Assembly: GCA_001786835.1 (NCBI GenBank) | Contig: MFTO01000005.1 | Coordinates: forward strand, 1-60,733 | Length of the DNA stretch: 60,733 nt | Direction of reading: 5' to 3' | Source: Candidatus Nomurabacteria bacterium RIFCSPHIGHO2_01_FULL_40_20 | Lineage (GTDB): Bacteria; Patescibacteriota; Minisyncoccia; Phycocordibacterales; UBA9973 | Shown here: one piece after another, positions 43,507 to 51,980 of the stretch | How the letters are laid out: each line of letters begins with the position of its first letter | Position numbering within the stretch: position 1 is the stretch's first letter | The notes under the pieces: model-generated | What the model saw: the letters and a program-made list of their open reading frames with translations, nothing else | What the model was told of the DNA's origin: nothing | The model's database searches: none | Position numbers and translations under genes: made by a program

Positions 43507-44576
43507 AATACGAACCATTTTACAATCCGGAAATTTCTTACGAAGAGAATTTTGAGAAAGGTCCATATGGAGTTTTTGCCGATGGAGAAATATTGTCAAC
43601 CTCGCAGGTTGACAAGTTTTATGATTTTTTGGGTTTAAAAGTAAATTCACTTTTTGGGATTCCGGCGGGACCGTTAATCAACAGTAATTTTTGCAAAAGC
43701 GCATTTCAAAAAAGTTTTGATATTTGTGTATATAAAACAGTTCGCTCCGCTATTTTCCCATGTCATCCGTTCCCAAATGTTTTGGCGGTAAAAGTTGAAG
43801 GCGATTTAACCTATGAAAAAGCGCAAAATAAATTAGTGGCTGATAATAATTATTCCGAACCAATTTCCATTACCAACTCCTTCGGTGTGCCTTCTAGAGA
43901 CCCAAAAATTTGGCAGGAAGATGTAAAGAAAGCAATTTCGTATGCAAGTGTGGGGCAGATACTTGTTTTGAGTTTCATGGGGACAGTGCGAGAACATCAA
44001 ACCAAAGAAGAGTTTATTGCCGACTATGCGCTTACGGCCAAGCAGGCGATTGCGACAGGAGCGAAAATTTTAGAAACCAATTTATCTTGTCCCAACATCG
44101 GCAACGAGGGGTTGGTTTGTTACGATTTAGAAATGACTGAAAAAGTTTGTAAAGCTATCAGAGACGAAATAGGAAACACCCCTCTTGTTTTGAAAGTCGG
44201 TTATTATAAAGAAGACAGCGACATAAAAAAATTAGCAGAAATTGCAGAAAAATATGCGCAGGCAATATCATCTATAAATACAATATCCGCAGAAGTAGTG
44301 GATAAAAACGGGAATCAAGCCTTGCCCGGCAAAAACAGACTTCGTTCCGGAGTTTGTGGAGCGGGAATCAAATGGGCGGGCTTGGATATGGTGAAGAGAC
44401 TAAAGCAGGCTAGAGAAGAAGCAGGAGGAAATTTCCGAATAATAGGAGTGGGTGGAGTTATGACGGCAGAAGACTATGAAGAATACAAAGACGCTGGCGC
44501 AGATGTTGTGATGTCGGCAACAGGTGCCATGTGGAACCCTTATCTTGCGAAGGAGATAAAGGAAAAGCTATCATAA
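43503..44576 (+). CDS. pyrD: Dihydroorotate dehydrogenase-like flavoprotein
   Basis: TIM-barrel DHOD motifs (FGIPAGP, NLSCPN, GVGGV); position in the pyr cluster. Confidence 0.75.
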   Translation: MKYEPFYNPEISYEENFEKGPYGVFADGEILSTSQVDKFYDFLGLKVNSLFGIPAGPLINSNFCKSAFQKSFDICVYKTVRSAIFPCHPFPNVLAVKVEGDLTYEKAQNKLVADNNYSEPISITNSFGVPSRDPKIWQEDVKKAISYASVGQILVLSFMGTVREHQTKEEFIADYALTAKQAIATGAKILETNLSCPNIGNEGLVCYDLEMTEKVCKAIRDEIGNTPLVLKVGYYKEDSDIKKLAEIAEKYAQAISSINTISAEVVDKNGNQALPGKNRLRSGVCGAGIKWAGLDMVKRLKQAREEAGGNFRIIGVGGVMTAEDYEEYKDAGADVVMSATGAMWNPYLAKEIKEKLS

Positions 44577-44581
44577 CTTAC

Positions 44582-45211
44582 ATGAGCGAAGTATTAGATA
44601 TTTTAAAAAAAGTGGGTGCAGTTCTCACAAACGATCATTTTGTGGGCACATCTGGACTCCATTTTGATACTTATGTGAACAAAGATTTTTTATATCCACA
44701 CACAGCAGAAACTTCGGAAATATGCAGACTTTACGCAGAAAAATATAAAGATAAAGATATTGAGGTTGTAGTAGGTCCAGCTCTCGGCGGGATAATTCTT
44801 TCCCAATGGGTGGCATACCATTTGAGCGAGATTTATGAAAAAGAAGTATTGGGGATATATACGGAGAAAAATTCGGAAGGCAACCAATTTTTTAACAGAG
44901 GTTATGATTCTTATGTAAAAGGCAAAAGGGTGCTTGTAGTGGAAGACAATGCGGTTACTGGTGGCTCGGTGATGAAGGTTATTAACGCAGTGAAGGGTGC
45001 AGGGGGAGAAATAGTTGGAGCGTGCGTAATGGTTAATAAAGATACGGAAAAAGTAAATTCTGAAACCCTGGGAGTGCCTTTTGAAGCCTTAAGTGAATTG
45101 CCGGTAACTGTTTATTCAGCGGAAGATTGTCCACTTTGCAAAAATGGAGTTCCCATTAACACAAAAATAGGTCACGGAAAGAAATTTCTAGAATCAAGAG
45201 CCGCGCTTTAG
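44582..45211 (+). CDS. pyrE: Orotate phosphoribosyltransferase
   Basis: PRPP-binding VLVVEDNAVTGGS. Start chosen at 44582, just after the pyrD stop. Confidence 0.85.
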   Translation: MSEVLDILKKVGAVLTNDHFVGTSGLHFDTYVNKDFLYPHTAETSEICRLYAEKYKDKDIEVVVGPALGGIILSQWVAYHLSEIYEKEVLGIYTEKNSEGNQFFNRGYDSYVKGKRVLVVEDNAVTGGSVMKVINAVKGAGGEIVGACVMVNKDTEKVNSETLGVPFEALSELPVTVYSAEDCPLCKNGVPINTKIGHGKKFLESRAAL

Positions 45212-45247
45212 TGGACGGTTGCGCGGCATGATTTCGCTAAATCAAAT
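45200..45247 (+). promoter_or_regulatory. Conserved module: 7-bp GC stem (GCCGCGC/GCGCGGC) plus ATGATTTCGCTAAATCAAAT, immediately upstream of pyrF
   Basis: Second copy at 51178-51222 with compensatory stem changes (ATCGCGC/GCGCGAT). Confidence 0.65.
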
Positions 45248-45250
45248 AAA

Positions 45251-46054
45251 ATGAGTATTATAGATAAATACAACAAAAGAGCGAAAGTTATAAATTCACT
45301 TTTGTGCGTGGGGCTGGACGCAGATTTTGAAAAAATTCCAAAAAAGTTTTTGGATATGGGAAATCCCCAATTTGAATTCAATAAGTGGATTATAGAGGAG
45401 ACGTACGAATATGCTTCTGCATTTAAGCCAAACATTGCATTCTACGAAGCGCGGGGCGACCAAGGAATCCGTGAACTAAAGATGACGATGGAGTATTTGA
45501 TAAAAAACCATCCGGATATTTTTACTATCTGCGATTGCAAGCGAGCCGATATCGGCAACACTAATCAGGGTTATGTTGACTCTTTGTTTGATTGGTTTGG
45601 TTTTGATGCCATAACAATCCATCCATACTTAGGCAGTGAAACGCTCAAGCCATTTTTGGAACGGACAGACAAAGGTTCTATTATTTTATGCCGGACATCA
45701 AATCCCGGTGCGGGGGAATTACAAGATTTATTGGTTGACGGGAAACCACTTTGGCAAATTGTGGCAGAAAAAGTTTCAAATGAGTGGAATAAAAATAATA
45801 ATTGTATGCTGGTAGTTGGGGCAACGTATCCCGAAGAAATGAAAAAGATTCGTGCCATCGTAGGCGACATGACTTTTCTAGTCCCCGGCATCGGTGCCCA
45901 AGGCGGAAGTGTGGAAGAAATAATGAAAGTTGGACTAAACAGCCAAGGTCTAGGACTTATCATCAGTTCTTCCCGAGGAATTATTTTTTCCGAGAATCCC
46001 AAAGAAGAGGCCAAAAAACTCTGCGAAGAGATAAGAAGAAATAGGGGAGTTTGA
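45251..46054 (+). CDS. pyrF: Orotidine 5'-phosphate decarboxylase
   Basis: LCVGLD, DCKRADIGNT, PGIGAQGG. Confidence 0.9.
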   Translation: MSIIDKYNKRAKVINSLLCVGLDADFEKIPKKFLDMGNPQFEFNKWIIEETYEYASAFKPNIAFYEARGDQGIRELKMTMEYLIKNHPDIFTICDCKRADIGNTNQGYVDSLFDWFGFDAITIHPYLGSETLKPFLERTDKGSIILCRTSNPGAGELQDLLVDGKPLWQIVAEKVSNEWNKNNNCMLVVGATYPEEMKKIRAIVGDMTFLVPGIGAQGGSVEEIMKVGLNSQGLGLIISSSRGIIFSENPKEEAKKLCEEIRRNRGV

Positions 46055-46078
46055 CAAAAAAATTCAATCTGCTATTAT
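46051..46078 (+). promoter_or_regulatory. Promoter TTGACA-N16-TATTAT upstream of tuf, implying a leader of about 180 nt
   Basis: Read directly; overlaps the pyrF stop codon. Confidence 0.55.
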
Positions 46079-46138
46079 CTAAATAACTGCACTTTGGCAG
46101 TTTTTCTGTTGCCAAATCAGCATTTTATTAAAAGTTTA

Positions 46139-46178
46139 TCCCGACGCGAAGTCGGGACTCCGACCGGAAGCGTCGGAG
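46139..46178. repeat. Tandem double hairpin of the CCGAC/GTCGG family in the tuf leader
   Basis: TCCCGAC-gcgaa-GTCGGGA then CTCCGAC-cggaagc-GTCGGAG. Confidence 0.85.
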
Positions 46179-46239
46179 CTAATCAATTAGTATTTAGGCC
46201 TTAGCAACTGGTTCTCGTATGCTGGGTCTTAGATAGTAA

Positions 46240-46255
46240 TCCGCCAACTGGCGGA
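46240..46255. repeat. Intergenic copy (one mismatch) of the CCGCCAGCTGGCGG palindrome: TCCGCCAACTGGCGGA
   Basis: Ends 6 nt before the tuf ATG. Confidence 0.8.
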
Positions 46256-46261
46256 AAAAAT

Positions 46262-47455
46262 ATGGCAGAAGAATTTAAGAGAGACAAGCCACATATAAAC
46301 GTAGGAACTATTGGTCATGTGGACCACGGTAAGACTACGCTTACGGCGGCTATTTTACACGTGCTTAACCTAGCAGGAAAGACAGTTCGTCTTCGCGATG
46401 TTGGCCAAATCGACAACGCACCCGAAGAAAAAGCTCGTGGAATCACTATTAACATTTCGCACAACGAGTATGCGACTGACGCTCGACACTACGCGCACAT
46501 CGATGCTCCGGGTCACGCGGACTACATCAAGAACATGATTACCGGTGCCGCTCAGATGGATGGCGCAATTCTCGTAGTTGCGGCGACAGACGGCGCGATG
46601 CCACAGACTCGCGAGCACGTGCTCTTGGCAAAACAAGTTGGTGTGCCGAAGATTATCGTTTTTCTAAACAAGTGCGACATGGTGGACGATAAAGACATGA
46701 TTGACCTCGTGGAAGAGGAAATCCGCGAACTTCTAACCAAGCAAGGTTTTGACGGCGCCGGCGCTCCGGTTATCCGCGGTTCCGGACTCAAGGGTCTTGA
46801 AGCGAAATCAGTCGACGATCCTTGGGCAGTAAAAATCTTGGAACTTGTAAATGCGCTTGATACCTATATCCCAATTCCAGAGCGAGACATTTCCAAGCCA
46901 TTTCTTATGCCGGTAGAAGATATATTCTCAATCGAAGGACGAGGAACTGTGGTAACCGGAAAAATTGAGCGAGGAGTAGTAAAAGTAGGGGAAGAAGTAG
47001 AAGTTGTTGGTATCAAGCCGACTGCTAAGACTGTGGTGACTGGAATTGAAATGTTTAACAAGAATCTACAAGAAGGTATGGCCGGAGACAACGCTGGAGT
47101 ATTGCTACGAGGTCTAAAGAAAGAAGATATCACTCGCGGGCAAGTTCTTGCCAAGCCGGGCACAGTCACCCCGCATGATAATTTCACCGCAGAAATTTAT
47201 GTTTTGAAAAAGGAAGAAGGTGGACGACATACTCCGTTTTTCAAAGGTTATAAGCCACAATTCTATATCCGAACCACAGACGTGACTGGTGAAGTAATTT
47301 TGGAAGAAGGAAAAGAAATGGTAATGCCGGGAGATACAGTTAAAATCACAGTTAAATTGGTCACTCCGGTTGCGCTCGAGGAAGCGCAAAGGTTCGCAAT
47401 TCGTGAAGGAGGCAAGACTGTGGGCGCAGGAGTGGTGGTAAAAATTCTAGGATAA
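46262..47455 (+). CDS. tuf: Elongation factor Tu
   Basis: [35 protein letters not shown]. Confidence 0.99.
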   Translation: MAEEFKRDKPHINVGTIGHVDHGKTTLTAAILHVLNLAGKTVRLRDVGQIDNAPEEKARGITINISHNEYATDARHYAHIDAPGHADYIKNMITGAAQMDGAILVVAATDGAMPQTREHVLLAKQVGVPKIIVFLNKCDMVDDKDMIDLVEEEIRELLTKQGFDGAGAPVIRGSGLKGLEAKSVDDPWAVKILELVNALDTYIPIPERDISKPFLMPVEDIFSIEGRGTVVTGKIERGVVKVGEEVEVVGIKPTAKTVVTGIEMFNKNLQEGMAGDNAGVLLRGLKKEDITRGQVLAKPGTVTPHDNFTAEIYVLKKEEGGRHTPFFKGYKPQFYIRTTDVTGEVILEEGKEMVMPGDTVKITVKLVTPVALEEAQRFAIREGGKTVGAGVVVKILG

Positions 47456-47465
47456 GGTAAATTAC

Positions 47466-47921
47466 ATGGCCGTCAAAGAAACAAAAACAAAGAAAACAGT
47501 CTCAACCAAGACGAAGACTTTAAAAGTTGGGGTAAAAGTTCTCAAAGAACCGAAGTCTGCCGAACAGCAAGAGAAAAAAGAAAAAAAATCTGCTCGCGCG
47601 GGAGGGGAAGTGGGAGAAGTGGTTTTGCGCATACGTGTACGAGCGTATGAAAGTAAAATTCTAGACGCTTCTGTAAAACAAATAATTGATACCGCGCTTC
47701 GCTATGACGCCAAGATTGTTGGTCCTACTCCGCTTCCAACCGAGATAAAAAAATACACGGTCAATCGCGCATCTTTTGTTTACAAAAACACTCGAGAACA
47801 ATTTGAAATCAGAGTGCACAAAAGGTTGATTGATATCATTAATCCAAACGCCAAAACTGTGGAAGCGCTTACAAATATGTCTTTGCCTTCTGGAGTGGAT
47901 ATTGATGTAAAAATGTTATGA
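47466..47921 (+). CDS. rpsJ: 30S ribosomal protein S10 with a Lys-rich N-terminal extension of about 50 aa
   Basis: Core LRIRVRAYESKILDASVKQI...GPTPLPTEIKKYTVNRASFVYKNTREQFE. Confidence 0.93.
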   Translation: MAVKETKTKKTVSTKTKTLKVGVKVLKEPKSAEQQEKKEKKSARAGGEVGEVVLRIRVRAYESKILDASVKQIIDTALRYDAKIVGPTPLPTEIKKYTVNRASFVYKNTREQFEIRVHKRLIDIINPNAKTVEALTNMSLPSGVDIDVKML

Positions 47922-47924
47922 GAA

Positions 47925-48046
47925 ATTAATGAGTGAAACGAATATAATTTCCATACCCTGTTAAATAACTTTTGCAAAGCAAAAGTTGGAATCAAAAGAT
48001 TTCATTTAACAGGGTGTAGATTTTAAAAAACTTCACTTCGTTCAGT
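47925..48046 (+). repeat. Structured inverted-repeat element, copy 1, in the rpsJ-rplC spacer
   Basis: P1 ACCCTGTTAAAT/ATTTAACAGGGT, P2 AACTTTTGC-aaa-GCAAAAGTT, P3 GGAATC-aaaa-GATTTC; homologous to 56903-57105. Confidence 0.8.
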
Positions 48047-48059
48047 TAAAAAAATCAAC

Positions 48060-48674
48060 ATGAAATTCATTCTTGGTACAAAAGAGAATATGATGGAGTA
48101 TTTTTCTCCCGAGGGCAAAGTTATTCCGGTGACTGTGGTTTCAGCAGGTCCGGTGACTGTCACTCGAGTTTTTGAAAAATCCAAGGATGGTTACGATGCT
48201 ATCCAAGTAGGGTTTGGCACACAGAAAAAAGAGAGGATAAATAAAGCTCAAATTGGGTCTATGAAGGGAGCGAACTATAAAGTGGTAAAAGAATTCAGAC
48301 TGAAATCTGGCGAAACCAGCGAAGCCAAAGAAGGCGATGTTATTGATGCGTCTTCATTTACTCCGGGCGATAAACTTCAAGTCTCCGGCACTTCCAAAGG
48401 TAAAGGTTTTCAAGGCGTAGTCAAAAGACATGGTTTTAAAGGAGGTCCTCGCACTCACGGGCAAAAACATTCCGAACGAGAACCGGGCTCTATCGGCGGA
48501 GGGCTTCGCACTCACGTCCCGAAAGGCATGCGCATGGCAGGTCGGATGGGTGGAGACAGAATTACAGAGAAGAATTTGAAGGTCGTGTTGGTGGATAAAG
48601 AGAACAACCTCTTGCTTGTACAAGGTGCGTTACCCGGGGTGAAGGGCAGTTTAATTGAGATAGTATCAAAGTAA
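48060..48674 (+). CDS. rplC: 50S ribosomal protein L3
   Basis: S10-operon order; GTSKGKGFQGVVKRHGFKGGPRTHG. Confidence 0.97.
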   Translation: MKFILGTKENMMEYFSPEGKVIPVTVVSAGPVTVTRVFEKSKDGYDAIQVGFGTQKKERINKAQIGSMKGANYKVVKEFRLKSGETSEAKEGDVIDASSFTPGDKLQVSGTSKGKGFQGVVKRHGFKGGPRTHGQKHSEREPGSIGGGLRTHVPKGMRMAGRMGGDRITEKNLKVVLVDKENNLLLVQGALPGVKGSLIEIVSK

Positions 48675-48684
48675 TCACAAAGAC

Positions 48685-49344
48685 ATGGAAGCAAAAATTT
48701 ATGACCAAAAAGGCGCAGACGTGGGAGTTATAAGTCTTCCAGAGAAAGTTTTTGGCGTCCGATGGCGCGCAGATTTGGTGCATCAAGTAGTAGAGAGTAT
48801 GCGCAGTAACTCGCGTGCGGGCACTGCAGATACCAAAGGCCGAGGTGAAGTGCGAGGCGGAGGCAAGAAGCCTTGGAAGCAAAAAGGCACAGGGCGCGCT
48901 CGCCATGGTTCTTCAAGGAGCCCCATCTGGGTAGGCGGAGGCGTGACTCACGGACCGCTTGCGGAGAAGAATTATAAAAGAAAAATTTCAAAGAAAATGC
49001 GAGCGCAAGCGCTATTTTCTGTTTTATCAAAAAAGTTTAAAGACGATGAAATTGTTTTTGTGGATTCATTCGCTATGTCTAAAATGAAAACAAAGGACGC
49101 GGTAGAGGTGATGAAGAATTTATCAAAAGCCACCGGCTTTAAACCGCTTGCAGACTCAAAAAAGCCGAGAGTTTTGACCGCTTTATTCACCAAGAACGAA
49201 AACACCCTAAAGAGTTTTAGAAATTTACCACAAATAGAAATTGTCTTTTTAAAAAATTTAAATCCGCTCGATGTTCTCAACCACAAATATCTTTTAATAG
49301 AAAATGGGGCGGAAAGTGTGAAATTTTTAGAATCAAGAATTTAA
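48685..49344 (+). CDS. rplD: 50S ribosomal protein L4
   Basis: [34 protein letters not shown]. Confidence 0.97.
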   Translation: MEAKIYDQKGADVGVISLPEKVFGVRWRADLVHQVVESMRSNSRAGTADTKGRGEVRGGGKKPWKQKGTGRARHGSSRSPIWVGGGVTHGPLAEKNYKRKISKKMRAQALFSVLSKKFKDDEIVFVDSFAMSKMKTKDAVEVMKNLSKATGFKPLADSKKPRVLTALFTKNENTLKSFRNLPQIEIVFLKNLNPLDVLNHKYLLIENGAESVKFLESRI

Positions 49345-49347
49345 CAA

Positions 49348-49626
49348 ATGAAACCAATTATAAAAATTTTAAAGAATCCTAGAATTACCGAAAAAGCATC
49401 CTTTCACTATGAACAAAATGTTTACACTTTTGATGTTGCGGATTCTGCCAACAAAACGGAAATTAAAAAAGCTATTTTTGAACTTTATAAAGTGCATCCG
49501 GTAAAAGTAAATATTTTGGCGGTGCCGGAGAGAAGAATAACTTTGCGTGGCAGACAGAATCAGAAAGGCGGGGGGAAAAAAGCGCTGGTGTATTTAAAAG
49601 CGGGTGACAAGATAGAATTTTTATAA
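49348..49626 (+). CDS. rplW: 50S ribosomal protein L23
   Basis: Operon position; PRITEKA...YTFDV...NKTEIKKAIFELY. Confidence 0.93.
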   Translation: MKPIIKILKNPRITEKASFHYEQNVYTFDVADSANKTEIKKAIFELYKVHPVKVNILAVPERRITLRGRQNQKGGGKKALVYLKAGDKIEFL

Positions 49627-49627
49627 A

Positions 49628-50479
49628 ATGAAAAAATATAAACCAACAAGTAAATCACGAAGACAAATGACCCATGTTTCTTACCGGGATATTTTAACTC
49701 CCTCCAAAAAGCCGGAAAAATCTTTGACTTATGGGTTCAAGCGCGCCGTGGGGCGAAATAGCCAAGGGCGGATAACTATGCGTCACAAAGGAGGTGGACA
49801 CAAAAGACTTTTTCGTGAGGTGGACTTTATGTATGACAAAAAAGAAATTCCTGCAAAAATTGTATCAGTGGAATATGATCCCAACCGCTCTGCGTTTATC
49901 GGACTTGCGGTTTATAAAGATGGAGAAAAAAGGTACGTGGTATTACCAAAATCAGTGAAGGCAGGGGATTCTTTTATTGTATCTGCGAAAGCGTCGCTTG
50001 ATGTCGGCAATAGATTGCCGTTAAAAAATATTCCAGTCGGAACTTTTGTTTACAATGTAGAGCTCAAACAAGGAGGTGGCGCAAAAATCGGACGTTCCGC
50101 GGGAATTTTTGCACAGGTGGTGGCGAATGCCGACGGCAATACGAATTTAAAAATGCCTTCTACAGAGGTGCGTAAGGTTAGCGAAGAATGCTGGGCATCT
50201 ATTGGCTCTGTTTCAAACGAAGAACATCATTTGGAAAATTATGGCAAAGCGGGACGAAGTCGCTGGAAAGGTATTCGCCCGACAGTGCGAGGTACTGCCA
50301 TGAACCCAGTAGACCACCCATATGGTGGAGGTGAAGGCAGACAAGGGCGAGGCACTAAACGCCCAAAGACTATGTGGGGTAAAGTTACCGGCGGACGCAA
50401 ATCTCGCACTCCGAAGAAATATTCCAACGTGTTCATCGTTTCTCGTCGAAAGACTGGGAAATCTAGGAAAGCGCAATAA
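49628..50479 (+). CDS. rplB: 50S ribosomal protein L2
   Basis: GRNSQGRITMRHKGGGHKR, RGTAMNPVDHPYGGGEGR. Confidence 0.98.
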   Translation: MKKYKPTSKSRRQMTHVSYRDILTPSKKPEKSLTYGFKRAVGRNSQGRITMRHKGGGHKRLFREVDFMYDKKEIPAKIVSVEYDPNRSAFIGLAVYKDGEKRYVVLPKSVKAGDSFIVSAKASLDVGNRLPLKNIPVGTFVYNVELKQGGGAKIGRSAGIFAQVVANADGNTNLKMPSTEVRKVSEECWASIGSVSNEEHHLENYGKAGRSRWKGIRPTVRGTAMNPVDHPYGGGEGRQGRGTKRPKTMWGKVTGGRKSRTPKKYSNVFIVSRRKTGKSRKAQ

Positions 50480-50496
50480 AAATCTATTTTCAAAAA

Positions 50497-50523
50497 ACGC
50501 CTTACAAATTAAGGTGTTTTTTG
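50497..50523 (+). terminator. Rho-independent terminator-like hairpin directly after rplB
   Basis: ACGCCTTA-caaat-TAAGGTGT followed by a T-run. Confidence 0.65.
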
Positions 50524-50586
50524 ATGTTTTTGTTTTTCACAATCTTGACTCTTGACTTGAAGTTTAACTTTAGATAAACTTGGGTT

Positions 50587-50844
50587 ATGAATACAAAAGT
50601 TATTAAATCAAACTTGATAGGTTTTAAAGAGCTTCGCGAAAATGCTGATAAATATATTGATGCTGTCTCGAGAGGCAAATCTTTTACAGTTCTTCGTCGT
50701 TCCAAGCCAATTTTTAATATTACCCCTGTTGATGAATGGGGCGATGAAGGCTTATGGGAAACTGTTGTTGATTTTCGAGATAAAAAAGGCCGGGGGATAA
50801 AGTCCGGAGATCTTTTAAAGATGTTAAAGAAAATCAGTCAGTGA
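50587..50844 (+). CDS. Phd/YefM-type antitoxin-like protein
   Basis: 85 aa; N-terminal pattern (FKELRENADKYIDAVSRGKSFTVLRRSKPIFNITPV) resembles Phd/YefM; precedes a RelE-like gene by 4 nt. Confidence 0.6.
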   Translation: MNTKVIKSNLIGFKELRENADKYIDAVSRGKSFTVLRRSKPIFNITPVDEWGDEGLWETVVDFRDKKGRGIKSGDLLKMLKKISQ

Positions 50845-50848
50845 TGTT

Positions 50849-51082
50849 ATGGACAAGAACGAGAAGTTACTACGAAAACTTTCTAAGGAAGATAGGGATA
50901 GAATAATCCTCGCGGTTGCTCTTATTCATAGTAATGATTTTCAAATGCTAGATTTTAAAAAGTTATCAGGGGTAAAAGATCTGTACAGAGTACGTGTTGG
51001 TAAATTCAGAATTAAATTTAGAACTCATACGACCTATAACGAAATTATAGAAATTGTTCGTCGGAATGATAATACATATTAA
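50849..51082 (+). CDS. RelE/ParE-superfamily toxin-like protein
   Basis: 77 aa; KKLSGVKDLYRVRVGKFRIKFRTH...IIEIVRRNDNTY resembles the RelE core (YRIRVGDYRIIY-type motif). Confidence 0.6.
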   Translation: MDKNEKLLRKLSKEDRDRIILAVALIHSNDFQMLDFKKLSGVKDLYRVRVGKFRIKFRTHTTYNEIIEIVRRNDNTY

Positions 51083-51112
51083 AAGCAGAAAAGTCATAAT
51101 TGGCAAGCAGAT

Positions 51113-51143
51113 TTGACAATATCCATATATTTGCTAGTATAAT
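51113..51143 (+). promoter_or_regulatory. Promoter TTGACA-N16-TAGTAT (TG-extended; alternatively N19-TATAAT) restarting transcription toward rpsS
   Basis: Read directly. Followed by hairpin AAGCTC-gattgg-GAGCTT plus a T-run (51147-51170). Confidence 0.6.
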
Positions 51144-51177
51144 TGCAAGCTCGATTGGGAGCTTTTTGTTTAATTAA

Positions 51178-51222
51178 ATCGCGCTTATAGGACGGTTGCG
51201 CGATATGATTTCGCTAAATCAA
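51178..51222 (+). promoter_or_regulatory. Second copy of the stem plus ATGATTTCGCTAAATCAA module, directly upstream of and in frame with rpsS
   Basis: ATCGCGC-(13 nt)-GCGCGAT then ATGATTTCGCTAAATCAA-ATG. Confidence 0.65.
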
Positions 51223-51576
51223 ATGACAAGATCAATCAAAAAAGGTATATATGTGGATGAACGCTTGCTTGCAAAGATAGCGGGCAAAAATCCGCTTTCA
51301 ACTCCAATGGTAAAAACTTGGAAAAGAGCGTCAGTTATTTCGCCTGAAATGGTTGGTTTCACTTTTGGCGTTTACAATGGCAGAGTGCATGTAGAAGTCT
51401 TGGCCACCGAGGATATGGTAGGTCACCGATTGGGAGAATTTTCACCAACCAAGAAATTCATCAAGCACGGAGGTAAGATGCAGAAAGAGCTTGAGCAAAA
51501 GAAAAAAGAAGCCGAAATAACTCAAGCTAAAACAGCAACGGCTGTAGCGACGGATGCAGGCGTCAAGAAGAAATAA
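51223..51576 (+). CDS. rpsS: 30S ribosomal protein S19 with a C-terminal extension (possible upstream in-frame starts at 51205 and 51196)
   Basis: [16 protein letters not shown]...[23 protein letters not shown]...[10 protein letters not shown]. Confidence 0.95.
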   Translation: MTRSIKKGIYVDERLLAKIAGKNPLSTPMVKTWKRASVISPEMVGFTFGVYNGRVHVEVLATEDMVGHRLGEFSPTKKFIKHGGKMQKELEQKKKEAEITQAKTATAVATDAGVKKK

Positions 51577-51585
51577 AAAAAACAT

Positions 51586-51975
51586 ATGAAAGCATTTTTA
51601 AAAAATTACAGACAATCTCCCAGAAAAGTTCGCCTAGTTGCAGGTTTGGTTAGAGGTAAAAATATAGAGGAAGCTTTGGTTTCACTCGATATGCTCGCAA
51701 AACGCGCGAGTACTCCAATCAAAAAACTTTTACTCTCGGCTGTCGCGAATGCCAAACAAATCGGCGCAGAGGCGAATAGTTTATTTATAAAAGAGCTCCG
51801 AGTAGACAAAGGGATAGTAATGAAGCGAATGATGCCGGCTGCGATGGGTAGTGGACACCGTATAAATAAAAGGACAAGTCACGTCACGCTTGTTTTGGAA
51901 GAGAAAGAAGGTAAAAAAGAAAAAAACCCCCGACCAAAGTCGGGGTCCCGACCTAAAAGCGTCGGGGAAAAATAA
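51586..51975 (+). CDS. rplV: 50S ribosomal protein L22 with a basic C-terminal tail
   Basis: YRQSPRKVRLVAGLVRGK..., RMMPAAMGSGHRINKRTSHVT. Confidence 0.95.
   Translation: MKAFLKNYRQSPRKVRLVAGLVRGKNIEEALVSLDMLAKRASTPIKKLLLSAVANAKQIGAEANSLFIKELRVDKGIVMKRMMPAAMGSGHRINKRTSHVTLVLEEKEGKKEKNPRPKSGSRPKSVGEK
51928..51968. repeat. Tandem CCGAC-family double hairpin forming the last codons of rplV
   Basis: CCCCGAC-caaa-GTCGGGG then TCCCGAC-ctaaaagc-GTCGGGGA; encodes NPRPKSGSRPKSVGE. Confidence 0.85.
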
Positions 51976-51980
51976 GTATT

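Noticed and set aside
46052-46054. Possibility of an alternative genetic code (UGA recoded), as in some CPR lineages.
   Set aside because: TGA terminates pyrF, rpsJ and island gene D at positions that match the expected protein ends, and no conserved gene requires in-frame TGA read-through.
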